Positions 45,657 to 59,190 of a DNA stretch of 64,000 bases are shown here, in pieces. Numbering within the stretch: the first letter of the stretch is position 1; each line of letters starts with the position of its first letter. The notes beneath the pieces are model-generated. The model saw nothing but the letters and a program-made list of their open reading frames with translations, was not told the origin of the DNA and searched no databases. The translations under genes were made by a program, and so were the position numbers. Source of the DNA: Leucoraja erinacea (taxonomy: Eukaryota); assembly GCF_028641065.1 (NCBI RefSeq), contig NC_073401.1, positions 22,258,001 to 22,322,000 of the forward strand. Direction: 5' to 3'.

Positions 45657-45830
45657 CTAGACCAAGTGCAGACCCGTTGGGTCTGTTTCCCCAACGCGCG
45701 TTTGCGGGGGGGGGGGCGCTGCAGGGGGGGAGAGGAGGTAGGGGGGCGTGGTGGAAGAGGGACAGGGGTAGGGGGGGGGGGGAGATTGAGGGGGGGGGGG
45801 GGGGGAGAGAGGGATGAGGGGGGGGGGGCA

Positions 45831-45883
<53 letters not shown>

Positions 45884-46142
45884 GGGGGGGGGGGGGGGGG
45901 GAGGAGAGAGGGGAGGGGGGGGGGGGGAGGGGGAGGGGGGGGGGGGAGGGGGTAGGGGGAGGGGGGGGGGGGAAGAGTATGGAGGGAGGGGGGAGGGGGG
46001 GGGGGGGGGAGAGAGGGGAAATAGTGGGGAGGGAGAGTGGAAGGGGGAGGGGTAGGGACAGTCCATCCCTTCCCCATTCCCTATCACCCCCAATCCTCTT
46101 TGTCTATTCCCACACACGTGATGACGCGCTTCGACACAGGCT

Positions 46143-46175
<33 letters not shown>

Positions 46176-46551
46176 CTGGGGGGCTGCTGCAAAGGCATAT
46201 GTAAATGATCCATTCCGATTGGACATCTGTGAGCATTGGGCATTGTGAACGTTCAACAACATTCGATGGGTGAGAGCTGTTTTTTTTTTAATTGGGGGGG
46301 GGGGGGCGGGGGTAGAAGGATTTTATTAATAATGTGTACATAAACACGACGAAATTTATGCAGTGGATACTTGGAATGATTAGTGAAATCTCTACCGAAA
46401 TGGAAAACATCTGGGCGTTTCTGCGTCTGGTGTTGGCGTAGCAACGAATCAAAGGCTGGCAACCACAAGTCAGGCAGAAACACACACAGCCAGCCTGCCA
46501 CAGAGTTTTAAATATAGATAGATAGATATAGATATAGAATATAGATATAGA
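45657..46551 (-). mobile_element. Non-autonomous Helitron with long G/C-tract interior, joined head-to-tail to a second partial copy (~45440-45656)
   Basis: Minus strand starts A|TCTATATCTATA (46551) and ends CAGACCCAACGGGTCTG hairpin-cacttggt-CTAG (45657). Confidence 0.8.
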
Positions 46552-46552
46552 T

Positions 46553-48826
46553 GAGCTTGAGGCTCAGTTAGAGGTTGGTAGATATGACATTGTGGGGATT
46601 ACTGAGATGTGGCTGCAGGAGGATCGGGTCTGGGAATAATATTCAGGGTTATACATCCTATGGAAAAGAAAGGACAGGCACGTGGGCAGAGGAGGGGTGG
46701 GGTAACTCTGCTGGTGAGGGATGGGATTCAGTCCCTTGCGAAGGAAGACATAGGCACTGTGGATTGAGTTGAGGAATTGTAAAGGCAAGAAGACACTAAT
46801 TGATGTTATCTACAGACCCCCATATAGTAGCCCGGATGTAAGGTGTAAGTTGCAGCAGGAGTTAAAACTGGCATGTAACAAAGGTAATGCCACTGTGGTG
46901 ATGGGGGATTTCAATATGCAGGTAGACTGGGGAAATCAGGTTGGTTCAGGATCCCAAGAAAGAGAGTTTCTGCAAACTCTCTCCGAGTGCCTCCGAGATG
47001 GATTCTAAGAGCTCTTGTAATGGAGACGACCATAGAAACGGCAATTCTGGATTTAGTGTTGTCTAATGAACCAGATTTGATAAGAGAACTCGAGGTAATG
47101 GAACCACTTGGAGGTCGTAATCATAATATGATTGGTTTTAATCTGCAATCTGCAATTTGAGAAGGAGAAGGTTAAATTGGAAGTGTCAGTGATGCAGTTG
47201 AACAAAGGGGACCATGAAGGCATGAGAGAGGAGCTGGCCAAGGTAGACTGGAAAGGAATCCAAGCAGGTCTGCATCCCAGGTTCCTCAGGGAGGTGGCTC
47301 AAGAAATAGTGGACGCACTGATGATCATTTTCCAATGTTCAATAGATTGAGGATCAGTTCCTGTGGATTGGAGGATAGCTAATGTTATCCCACTTTTCAA
47401 GAAAGGAGTGAGAGTGAAAACGGGGAATTACAGACCAGTTAGCCTGACTTCGGTGGTGGGAAAGATGCTGGAGTCAATTATTAAAGATGTAATAATGGAG
47501 CATTTGGATAGCAGTAAAAGGATTAGTCCAACTCAACATGGATGTATGAAAGGGAAATCATGCTTGACTAATCTTCTGGAATTTTTTGAGGATATGACAA
47601 GTAAAATGGATGTAGGGGAGCCAGTGGATTTAGTGTATCTAGACTTTCAGAAAGCCTTTGATAAGGTCCCGCACGGGAGACTGGTGACTAAAATTAGAGC
47701 ACATGGTATTGGTGACAGGGTGTTGACATGGATAGAAAATTGGTTGGTAGACAGGAAACAAAGAGTAGGAGTGAACGGGTCCTTTTCAGAATGGCAGGCA
47801 GTGGCGAGTGGAGTGCCGCAAGGCTCGGTGTTTAGGCCGCAACTGTTTACCATATATATTAATGATTTGGAAGCGAGAATTAGGAGCAACACTAGCAAGT
47901 TTGTGGATGACACAAAGCTGGGTGGCAGTGTGAACTGTGAAGAGGATGTTAGGTGGTTGCAGGGTGACCTGGACAGGTTGAGTGAGTGGGCAGATGCGTG
48001 GCAGATGCAGTATAATATAGATAAATGTGAGGTTATCCACTTTGGCGGCAACAACAAGGGAGAAGATTATTATCTCAATGGGGTTAGGTTAGGTAAGGGG
48101 GAGGTGCAGCGAGACCTGGGCGTCTTTGTACACCAGTCACTGAAAGTTGGCGTGCAGGTACAGCAGGCAGTGAAGAAAGCTAATGTTGGGCCTTCATAAC
48201 AAGAGGATTTCAGTATAGGAGTAAAGAGGTTCTTCTGCAGTGGTATAGGGCTCTGGTAAGACCACATCTGGAGCATTGCGTACAGTTGTGGTCTCCTAAC
48301 CTGAGGAAGGACATCCTTGTGATTGAAGCAATGCAGCGGAGGTTCACGAGATTGATCCCTGGGATGGCGGGACTGTCCTATGAGGAAAGATTGAAAATAC
48401 TAGACATGTATTCGCTGGAGTTTAGAAGGATGAGGGGATATCTTATGGAAACATATAAAATTATAAAAAGGACTGCACAAGCTAGATGCAGGAAAAATGT
48501 TCCCAATGCTGGGCGAGTCCAGAACCAGGGGCCGCAGTCTTGGAGGCCATTTAAGACTGAGGTGAGAAAAAAACGTTTTCACCCAGAGAGTTGTGAATTT
48601 GTGGAATTCCCTGCCACAGAGGGCAGTGGAGGCCAAATCACTGGATGGCTTTAAGAGAGAGTTAGATAGAGCTCTAGAGGCTAGTGGAATCAAGGGATAT
48701 GGGGAGAAGGCAGGCACTGGTTATTGATTGGGGACGATCAGTCATGATCGCAATGAATGGCGGTGCTGGCTCGAAGGGCCGAATGGCCTCCTTCTGCACC
48801 TAGTTTCTATGTTTCTATGTTTCTAT
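46553..48826 (+). mobile_element. CR1 LINE ORF2 (EN + RT) with internal deletion and frameshifts
   Basis: YDIVGITE.WL, MGDFN, NYRPVSLTSVVGK, YLDFQKAFDKV, GVPQGSV, FVDD; (TTTCTATG)3 tail. Confidence 0.93.
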
Positions 48827-49090
48827 GAAAAGATTCAGAACAAATGAGACCCGACATCGACGATCAGGGAAAGGTGGAGCTCACAATGAACAACCAGGAC
48901 ACTGGGGGAACGGGAGAAAAAGGCATGGCCGGGAAGACTCAAATGTCTGCTGTTGGCTCCGTCAGAAAAATTACAAGCCGCAGAAGAAATTGAAAAGAAA
49001 TTGGGCATGATCATGGCTGCTCGAGAGTAATCGGAATTGGTTCCTTTGAACAGGGAAGGTATAATGGCGATTTGAATGAGGGACATAGTC

Positions 49091-50910
49091 CGCTCACCCA
49101 ACCTATATCCAAGTCACCCTACAACCCCATACCACCTTCCTCACACCTCACACTGTCACCCAGCTTTGTGTCATCCGCAAACTTGGAAATGTTACTTTGA
49201 ATTCCCTAATCTAGATCGTTAATATACATTGTAAATAACTGGGGATCCAGCACTGAGCCTTGCGACACCCCACTAGTCACTGCCTGCCATTCTGAAAAGG
49301 ATCCATTAATTCCTTCTCTTTGCTTCCTGCCAGCCAACCAGTTCCTTATCCATGTCAATACCCTACTCCCAATACCATGTACTCTAATTTTTCACACTCA
49401 TCTCTTGTGTGGGACCTTGTCAAAGGATTTTTGAAAGTACAGATACAACACATCAACTGGCTCTGCCTCTTCCATTCTACTTGTTACATCCTCAAAAGTT
49501 TCAGATCCAGGAAAAATCATGTAAAATCCAGAACCAGTGGCCGCAGTCTAAGAATAAAAGGGAGGCCATTTAAAACTGAGAGGAAAAAAAACTTTCACCT
49601 CGAGAGTTGTGAATTTGCGAAATACTCGGCAACAGAAGGCAGTAAAGTCACATTCACGGGATGACTTTAAAAGAGCTAGATAGAGGTCTCGGTGCTAGCG
49701 GAATCAAGGGATATGGGGAGAAGGCAGCAAGGGTTACTGATTGTGGATGATCAGCCATGATCACGATGAATAGCGGTGCAGGCTCGAAGGGCCAAATGGC
49801 CTCCTCCTGCACCTATTATCCATGTTTATATATCACTTGGTCACATCTAATTCATCAACGTTATTCATTTGTATGATGATTGAGTCTTTGGGAACGCAGT
49901 ATTTATTGCCCATCCCAAAGTGGGAACACAGAGACACAAGGAACTGCGGATGCTGGAATCATGATAAAACACAAAGTGCTGGAGTAACACGGGGTGTGCC
50001 TCAGGGTTCGGTGCTGGGCCCGTTAATGATTGTCATCTATATCAATGATTTGAATGGGATCATACTTGGTAAGATTAGCAAGTTTGCAGATGATACAAAC
50101 GTGGGAGGTTTTGCAGATAGTAGAGATGGTTGTGAAAAAAGTGCAGCAGGATCTGGATCAATTGGCCAGGTAGGCTGAGGAATGGTTGATGGAATTTAAT
50201 GCAGAGAAATGTGAAGTGTTGCATTTTGGGAATTCTAACATAGGCAGGACCTACGCAGTCGACGGTAGATCGGGTGGTCAAAAAGGCTTTTGGCACATTG
50301 GCCTTCATCAGCCCGTGTAATGAGTATAGAGGTTGGGAGGTCTTGTTGCAGATGTATAAGACGTTGGTGACGTCACATTTAGAGTATTGTGTTCAGTCTG
50401 GGCACCATCCTATAGGAAAGATTTCGACAAGCTGGAAATGGTACAGAGAAGATTTACGAGGATGTTGCCATGACTAGATGGTCTGAGGTATAGGGAGGGG
50501 TTGAGTAGGCTGAAACTCTATTCCTTGGAGCGCAAGAGGATGAGGGGAAATCTTATAGAGGTGTATAGGGTCGTGAGAGAAATATATCGGATAGATGCAC
50601 AGTCCCTTGTCCAGAGTAGGTGAATCGAGGACCAGGTTTATGGTGACAGGGCAAAGATTCAATACGAATCTGAGAGTTATTTTTTTCTCAGAGAGTGGTG
50701 GGTGTATGGAACACGCAGCCAGAGGACGTAGTTGTGCCAGGGACTATCCCAACGTTTAACAAAACAGTTAGACATGTACATGGATATGACAGATTTGGAG
50801 GTATATGGACCCAATACGGGCAGGTGGGACTAGTGTAGATGGGACATGTTGGCCGATGTGGGAAAGGTGGGCCGAAGGGCCTGTTTCCACTCTCTATGAT
50901 TCTATGACTT
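49091..50910. mobile_element. Patchwork of CR1 fragments in both orientations (paralog 59570-60735; partial 38393-38875)
   Basis: RT fragments on minus (49095-49500) and plus (49500-49820, 49990-50910) strands. Confidence 0.75.
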
Positions 50911-52936
50911 TCTTTGACTCTATGGGGCATCATGCAGCTTCTGCGGATCGGCGTTTGGGGAGGTAATAATGAGCAGCCATGAGCCAGTGCAATCTTTCGC
51001 GTGCTCACGTTGCAAAGTTTAAAACGTGCAGCAGTGAGAGAAGGATGAGAGCAGGGACCAGTGTAAATTAACATTAGGTAAACTTTCTTATCGTAGTGAC
51101 ATACCGACGTTCAGAGTGGCTTATGCGCGCAATTACAGCTCATTCTGTAGATGGAGCACGTTGTAGTCACTTTAGTTTAATTTGGAGATACAGCGCCTAA
51201 ACAGGCCCTTCTAACCACTGATCAACTGTCTCCGCACATTAGCATTATCCCACACACTTTACGGACAATATATGATTTGACCAAGCCAATGAACCTACCA
51301 ATCTGTCTTTGTGGTGTGGGGGGAAACCGGAGCTACCTGGGAAATCCCAGGCAGGTCATGGGGAAAACGTAGTGGTGAAAGGATGAACGGTTAAGTTAAT
51401 GGATCGCTGACCAGTCATGTTCACTGCTAAACTAATCTAGTTTAATGACACTTTAAGGACAATGTATTCCTGGTAATTATTATCAATCACCATTGTTATT
51501 TTATCATTATTCGCTCTTCGCGTTTTTATGTTTACAAAATTTTTAAGGGGTTGGACAGGTTAGATGCAAAAAGATTGTTGCCGAAATTAAAGGAATATGA
51601 GGGGTAAGGGGTCACAGCAGAGGGTGGTGGGAGTAATGGAACAAGCAGCCAGAGGAGAAGAGTTTTTTCCAGGGACTATGGTGAATCGTTTAAACTCAGT
51701 TAGACAGGTAAATGGATGTGACAGATTTGGAGGGATATGGACCCAATACGGGCAGGTGGGACGAGTGTGGATGGGTCGGTGGTCGATGTGTGAAAGTTGG
51801 GCCGAAGGGCCTGTTTCCACACTCTATGACTGACTCTCTTTGACTCTATGGGGCATCATGTAGCATCTGCGGATCGGCATTTGCGGTGGTAATAATGAAC
51901 AGCCATGAGCCAGTGCAATCTTTCGCTTGTTCACGTTGCAAAGTTTCTCCCTTGTCAGTTTTGCCCGTGCCCGTGCTGGAGTGCCCGTGTTCCATTCAAC
52001 TTTAATTGAATATGGATGTGCTGTATATAGAATTCCTGTCGCCCTGTCGTACTTCAAAGTCGAAAGAACTCTGGAAGTAGGCGGTGAGAGCCAATATGAC
52101 CCCTTTTACTTCACTCATATGTGCATTGATTTGGTACAGGCAACCTTTAGACTTTGAGTCGTGAATTACTGCGCATTACAACAGGATAGTATCACAGACC
52201 ACTTTTACAAGCACGACACACGTCGGGTAGTCAAAATAGCCTCCAAAACGGCAACTTTACTGACATTTGTAGTGATGTTCTGTCTCCTCAGGTCTTTTCT
52301 AAATGATCTGATACACAAGTAGAAGGGCAGCCTGTGGGGTTTATCATTTCTAAAATGACAAAGATATCTAAATATAGATTTAATGTGCTTTTTAATAAAA
52401 CAGTGCTGATGCTGTGACTGTGATCATGTTATGTTCAGCGATACGGAGGTAGACAAAAATGCTGGAGAAACTCAGCGGGTGAGGGAGCGAAGGAAATCAG
52501 CGATACGGATTCAGTTGGTCCGTTTAGATAAAATATTTCTATTCCGTTTTCATTGTTGATTAAACAGTTACCGAATATAATATTTAAAACTCGCAATCTG
52601 TTTAGTGTATATATGCGGGGGGTTCATACAGAACATTATAGATTGTTTGTTTATAAAGAAGGGACAACTGTGACAATCCTTTTCATTCTGCTGGATGTAT
52701 GAAGCTTTTTAGAAACACAAGTCTCTAAAATAAGACCTGCGTGTTTCACAGGGGCGAATATTTTGAGGAAGAATCTGGCAATTTCTGATTGGCTTCGACG
52801 AGCATACCGGTTTGATTGGTTTGGATAATTAAACACACGGTGACATATCGTCATTCCATTTATAAAGAGAGCCAGAGAGCAAGATTACACGCCACTTGTC
52901 CTGGAAACTGCCGCCCCATCGGAGCTCAGTCGGTTA

Positions 52937-54959
52937 ATGAACATGTCTTATTGGATCCGTGTGGTCGGTGCGTTGGTGTTTTGCGCAGTTTGTGAGTATT
53001 TTACTTTCCTGGATATTATACTTATTTCTGTTCACCATTAATTTGGGGTTACCTCCCACACTTCAACAAACTTAATATTTTCTCTTTTTTTCTGATATTT
53101 CTCCTTTCTCAGACATAAGCGCGGCTGTTACAGTAACTCAGCCGCCTTCGATGTCCACCTCTACGGGACAGAACATACAAATACCCTGCACCATATCGGG
53201 TGCCAGTTCGGGCGCTAACTATGTCTCGTGGTACCAACAGATTCCTGGCAAAACTCCCAAGTATCTATTCTACTATTATACCGGCAGCACCATTTATAAA
53301 GGCACGGACATTCCAGACCGTTATTCCATCTCGGTGTCAGGCAGCTCTGTAACATTCGCAATATCTAGCGTTCAATCGGTGGATGCTGCTGACTATTACT
53401 GTGCCAAATGGGATAGTGGTTTACATTTCGGTAAAGGAACGAGGCTGGGTATTGGCGGTAAGTAAAATATGTTCATCGGACAGCGCGCTGTTTTCTTTTT
53501 ATTTTAATGCAGATATTGCTTGATTTAATGTCCTGAGTTCACATGATACGTGATTGGGCCAGTTGTATTTCAGTGCAGATGGTGCGATCTTGCTGTACAG
53601 ATGTTCCGAGTTCACTTGGACATAACTCAGTGAAATGACTGGGAAAGCGAGCTAATGCTTTGTCTTGAGCTTCGTTCAATAAATTGCGGAAATATTTGCA
53701 GTGATTGTCCAGATATGAAAGGAAATTGCTTGGGTAACGGGGTTCACCAACGTCAATATTCAACACTGTCAAAAATCCGGTTGACGGGTTGAACAAGGAT
53801 ATCAAAATGCCAAATGCGAAAGGAGAAAGTTTCGCACATTTCCTTCAGAAATTGTGTTTAATACGTAGAGCAGCTTTTCGTGGACGCAGCCGTGTATTCC
53901 AAATGTAAATGAACATTCGAACCACAATGTAATTCTTGCTTGTGAACTCCATCTCAATGGTGCCGACAATTAAATAAGTTTAAAATCGAATCGGTGACCG
54001 TGGCCTTCGAAAGTGCTGTACAGTTTCCATATATTTTTGCCAACAGAACATACAACTAACACGAGGCGCATAAATTACATACAAAAATCCAAACAATAAA
54101 TTAAAAAACATAAAACACGAGTACGAACAACGCAGCAAAACCAAGCAAATAAAGTTAATAAACAATTCAACACCTCACTGGTCTACAAAGGCCATGGAGA
54201 ATAGATATGTCTTCAGGAGTGACTAGGAAGGGGTCTGTTTAATATAAATGTTATTATAAATGTCGCGACCGCGAATCGTTTACATCTGCTGATATATTTA
54301 AATAAATGTAAATCCGGAAATGTGCAGTAAATTGAACATTATAAAAGTTATAATAATGTATTCAGTTTTATAAAATACTGCAGCCATGATCTATCACAGA
54401 TGGTTTCCCGGTGTTTATACAGAGGGTAGACAGGATCTATTTTAGTTGCTTTCACGCACTTTATTTATTGTTCACCCAATTAAAATAAACACATTATAAT
54501 GGTTTGAAATAGGTCGAGAATAAAACGACATTTCTATAAATGAATAAATGAGTGCTTTAATGAGATGTATTTTCGGTAAATAATGATATCTCAACGACAG
54601 CATTTCTCCAATTAAATGTGACTTCTTATTAAACAGATCCTCGGGCACCGATCGTGACGGTCCTGCCGCCTTCAGCCGATGAAGTTACCTCAAAGGGCAC
54701 CGCCACCCTGGTTTGTTTGGTGAACGGCTTTAATCCGGGCTCGGTCGCCGTTGAGTGGACAGTCGACGGCAGTGCAAGAAATAGCGACGTTGAGACCAGC
54801 CCGATCCAGCAGGATAAGGACAACACGTTCAGTCTCAGCAGTTACCTGACTCTGACAGCCTCAGACTGGAACTTACACGACCTTTACTCCTGTGTGGTTA
54901 AACACCAGGCTCAGGCAAACCCACTTAAGACAACTATCGAGAGATCCAGCTGTATCTGA
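52937..54959 (+). CDS. IgL: Immunoglobulin light chain, germline-joined VJ, copy 2 (L 52937-52991, VJ 53113-53457, C 54637-54959)
   Basis: Same exon structure, intact frame and splice sites; CDR2 region YYYTGSTI. Confidence 0.97.
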
Positions 54960-55224
54960 TGTTGGAAACGTGAGGCTGACCTGACTAAGTTAGTTTATCA
55001 TCATTGGGTTCGTCCATGTGACAAAGTTAGTAATGTATTGGACTTCGGTGTTTTCGTTCAGAAATGCCATTTGTAGTTGAAACTTCGATTTTTATGACTT
55101 GTTCACTTTAAATGTAGTTCTTTCGAAAGAATGTCGTTCTTGAATGAAGCATCAAGTAGATTCAATTGCGTTATCCAACAGCATGGATGTTGTTATTGTA
55201 CCCATGGTATCTTTGTAGCCGTTC

Positions 55225-55230
55225 AATAAA
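55225..55230 (+). terminator. Polyadenylation signal AATAAA, IgL copy 2
   Basis: Homologous position to copy 1. Confidence 0.7.
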
Positions 55231-58200
55231 GTTTAAAAAAACGCATTTCAAATGCATTGTTGATTCCCTTTGGTTTATTTCTGACCCGAACCATGATGGC
55301 TTAACACGGGTTGCGTTGTCTCGTAGATTTGAGCTAGCAACACTGATTTTGATTCTCTATTTCGATCACTAATTGCAATCGTACAACAGTCGTGGGCCAC
55401 TCGTCCATTTATACCACGCGTTCTACAGCGCTTTGTCAGTTCTTGTGCAACATGATTCAGCCAAAGAACCGTATAAACCAAGCAGGGCAAACGTGGTCTT
55501 AAACCCCAAATTATCACAGAAATAAACAGAAAAGACTGTTCATACTCAGTAAGTCGGGCGGTATGTGGGAAGTGAGAAATAGATTAGACGTTTCAGGCTG
55601 TTTAAAAAAAATAATAAAACAAACGTCCCTACCAGCCTCGTGCGTTCAGGGTTTGTTAAATATGTCTTTGTTCATAATGTGCCCGGTTACATAATTAAAT
55701 AAAATACGTGTGCATACGTGGAAATCAGGAAATTTGGAAACGCCATTAATTCCCAACATATCAGCAGGTTTCTGTAAACTGATGGGTTGTTCGCACCTGC
55801 ACTTTACACCCCTCGCACTAAGCATGGCACCTCCATCCTTCATCACAGAAGGCCGTGACTTTCACACTAATCGGTGACGGGGTTTGTATTTAAATATTTA
55901 CAAATATTACACCTTATTTCTTCTTTATTTCTTCTGATTGTCAGCTTTAAAGAAACAGGGTGATTATTGGCGTTAGCAGAACAAGTCACTGAGTTTGTAT
56001 GTGGCGTGTCCGTGTCTCACGGTGGTATTACACGGGAACTGGGTAACAACACTCTCAATAAAGCAAGATAATATCTACAGAAAGATGCGATGAATGCACG
56101 GCAGCTTCATATAGACACGTGCAGAAAGAGAGCGAGGGGTGGGAGAGAGAGAGAGAGAGGGGGGGGAGGGGAGAGAGAGAGGGGGGGGGTGAGAATAGGA
56201 CGGGGGCGGGGTTAATAGCGAACAATGAGGGAACTATATGCTATAGTTAGAGGACAATCAGTCACGGACAAACCCCTGACCTCTGTCACAAATCGCTTTT
56301 CACTTATTCCAAGCTTTATTCCCAATTATTTTCACGTTACATGAGCAACCTGGGCTTAAGTCTTAATGAATGGGAAGGAGTTGCAGATGCTGGTTTAAAG
56401 CAAAGATAGACACAAACATCTGGAGTAAATCAGCGGGTCAGAAAGCATCTCTGGAGAAAAGGAATCGGTGACGTTTTGGGGCGAGACCCTTCTTCAGACT
56501 GTTTGAAGAAAGGTCTCGATCCGAAATGTCACCTATTCATTTTCTCCAGAGATGCTGTCTGACCCGCTAATTTACTCCAGCTTTATAGAAACATAGAAAC
56601 ATAGAAACTTAGAAAATAGGTGCAGGAGTAGGCCATTCGGCCCTTCGAGCCTGCACCGCTATTCAATATGATCATGGCTGATCATCCAACTCAGTATCCT
56701 GCACCAGCCTTCTCTCCATACCCCCTGATCCCTTTAGCCACAAGGGCCACATCTAACTCCCTCTTACATATAGCCAATGAACTGGCCTCAACTACCTTCT
56801 GTGGCAAAGAATTTCAGAGATTCCAGAGATGTGTGAAAACATGTTTTCCTCATCTCGGTCCCAAAAGATTTTCCCCCCTTTCCTTAAACTGTGACCCCCT
56901 GTCCTGGACCTTCCCCAACGTCGGGAACAATCTTCCTGCATCTAGCCTGTCCAACCCCCTAAGAACTTTGTAAGTTTCAGCCATGATCTCATTATGTGTC
57001 TTATCTTTTCTAAATGATCCGGATTGTATGCATTTTTGGCTGATTCGAATAAATGGTCACATATCTGCAATTGCTCACCTGATGGTTAGTTATTTTGGAA
57101 ATTCCTCTAAATCTGTAAATACTGAGCCTACTTTCACTCGGAAAAAAATGGTCAATTAAAACGCCTTGACTATGCCCCTCATTCAAATCACCATTATACC
57201 TTCCCTGTTCAAAGGGACCAATTCCGGTTATTCTCAGGCTGCCATTATCATGCCCATTTTCTTCCCAATTTCTTCTGCGGCTTGTAATGAAGGAGCCAAA
57301 AACAAAGATTTGAGTCTTCCCGGCCTTGCCTTTTCCTTCCGTTCCCGTAGTGTCCTGGTTATCCATTGTGAGCTCCACCTTTCCCTGGTCATCGATATCG
57401 GTTCTCATTTGTTCTGAATCTTTTCATAGAGACATAGAAACATAGAAAGTAGGTGCAGAAGGAGGCCATTCGGCCCTTCGAGCCAGCACCGCCATTCAAT
57501 GAGATCATGGCTGATCGTCCCCAATCAATAACCCGTGCCTGCCTTCTGCCCATATCCCTTGATTCCACTAGCCTCTAGAGCTCTAACTCTCTCTTAAATC
57601 CATCCAGTGATTTGGCCTCCACTGCCCTCTGTGACAGGTACTGACCCAAAATGCCGCATTTTCTCCTGTCTCGTAATGTCATTACAATATTTTACCGTTG
57701 CCTTTCGAAGATGTCTATGTGTGAGCGCCAGGACCGGCGAGAAAATCATGCACTTACACTCATGCCATGTATAAATGCTGTCGGCCTCTCTCGCTCATCA
57801 TCCGCGTGAATGCTGTTAAACACGATGTCAGTGTCATAACTTCAGATCTATCCACGATGGCCCACAATGTCTGTGCGAACCTAATGCCAATGTCATCTGC
57901 CTGCCATATATAATGTCTATATCCCTCCATTCACTATCTGTTCACGTGTTTGCCTAAATGTCTCTTGAACCTTGCTGGGTATCTACTTACACCGCTTCGT
58001 CTAGCAAAGCGTTGCACACTTTCTGTTTAAAAAAGACATGCAAAGTGTGGCCCCTTCAAACGTCCCCTCGCCTACTTTAATAAACTATATTATATAATAC
58101 TTCGGCCCTGGACTCCTAAGTAAAGCGACTTATCTTCACTAAGGGTTAGAGCAATAGATAGGGATAGGAAATCGATGCAGTGTCTGGCCAACAACACATT

Positions 58201-58483
58201 AATCCCCAAAATAAATCAATGGATAGGGATTCAATAAACCGACAGTGTTAGTTAACGTGTAGGAAGGAACTGCAGATGCTGGTTTAAATCGAAGATCGAT
58301 ACAAAATGCTCGAGTAACGCAGCGGGACAGGAAACGTCTCTAGATAGAAGGAATGGGTGACGTTTCGGGTCTGAAGCAGGGTCTCGACCGGAAAGGTCAC
58401 AAATTCCTTCTGTCCAGAGATGTTGCCTGTCCCGCTGAGTCACTCCAGCATGTTGTATCTAATGTTGGTTAAGGTCTGTTTCG

Positions 58484-58769
58484 TTTTAGAGAGCTCGGAA
58501 AATTGCTGAAAATGCTGAAACCTCCAGGGTGGTTATCTTCGGTTTGCTTCCAGTTCCTCGTGCTGGCGAGAGCAGGAACAGGGAGATACGGGACCTGAAT
58601 GTATGGCTGAGGAACTGGTGCAGGGGCAGGGATTTAGATTCTTAGACCACTGAGATGTGTTTTGGAGTAAGGGGGAACCGTACAAAAGGGACGGATTGCA
58701 CTTTAACAGACGGGGGACCAGCATTCTGCAGGCAGGTTTTCAACTGCTACACAGGTGGTTTTAAATTAA
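58484..58769 (+). mobile_element. CR1 ORF1 (SGNH esterase-type) remnant
   Basis: Translates as VVIFGLLPVPRAGESRNREIRDLNVWLRNWCRGQGFRFLDH*DVFW...YKRDGLHFNRRG, matching the esterase-type ORF1 of CR1 elements. Confidence 0.7.
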
Positions 58770-58770
58770 A

Positions 58771-59090
58771 CTAGACCAAGTGCAGACCCGTTTGGGGGGG
58801 GCGGATTTTCTTTAAAATTTGTACATAAACACGACGAAATTTAATCAGGAGTGGATACTTGGAATGAAAAAATGAAATCTCTACCGAAATGGAAACATTC
58901 TGGGCATTTGTGGGTCTGGTGTTGGCGTAGCAACGAATCAAAGGCTGGCAGCCACAGGCTGGGAACCACAAGTCAGGCAGAAACACAGCCAGCCAGCAGC
59001 CAGCCACATAGTTTTAATATTATACTAGACCAAGTGCAGACCCGTTGGGTCTGTTTCCCATCGCGCGTTTGCGGGGGGGAAGAGGGGGGG
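58771..59090 (-). mobile_element. Helitron tandem dimer in unit 2 (CTAG ends at 58771 and 59025), running into the N gap
   Basis: Two CTAGACCAAGTGCAGACCCGTT termini separated by one internally deleted copy. Confidence 0.75.
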
Positions 59091-59190
59091 NNNNNNNNNN
59101 NNNNNNNNNNNNNNNNNNNNNNNNNNNNNNNNNNNNNNNNNNNNNNNNNNNNNNNNNNNNNNNNNNNNNNNNNNNNNNNNNNNNNNNNNN
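59091..59190. other. Assembly gap (100 N, probably unsized)
   Basis: N run starting at the Helitron G-tract of unit 2. Confidence 1.

Noticed and set aside
45605-46248. Poly-Pro / poly-Gly ORFs (formin- or extensin-like)
   Set aside because: Translations of a G-homopolymer tract inside a Helitron; no splice or domain context.
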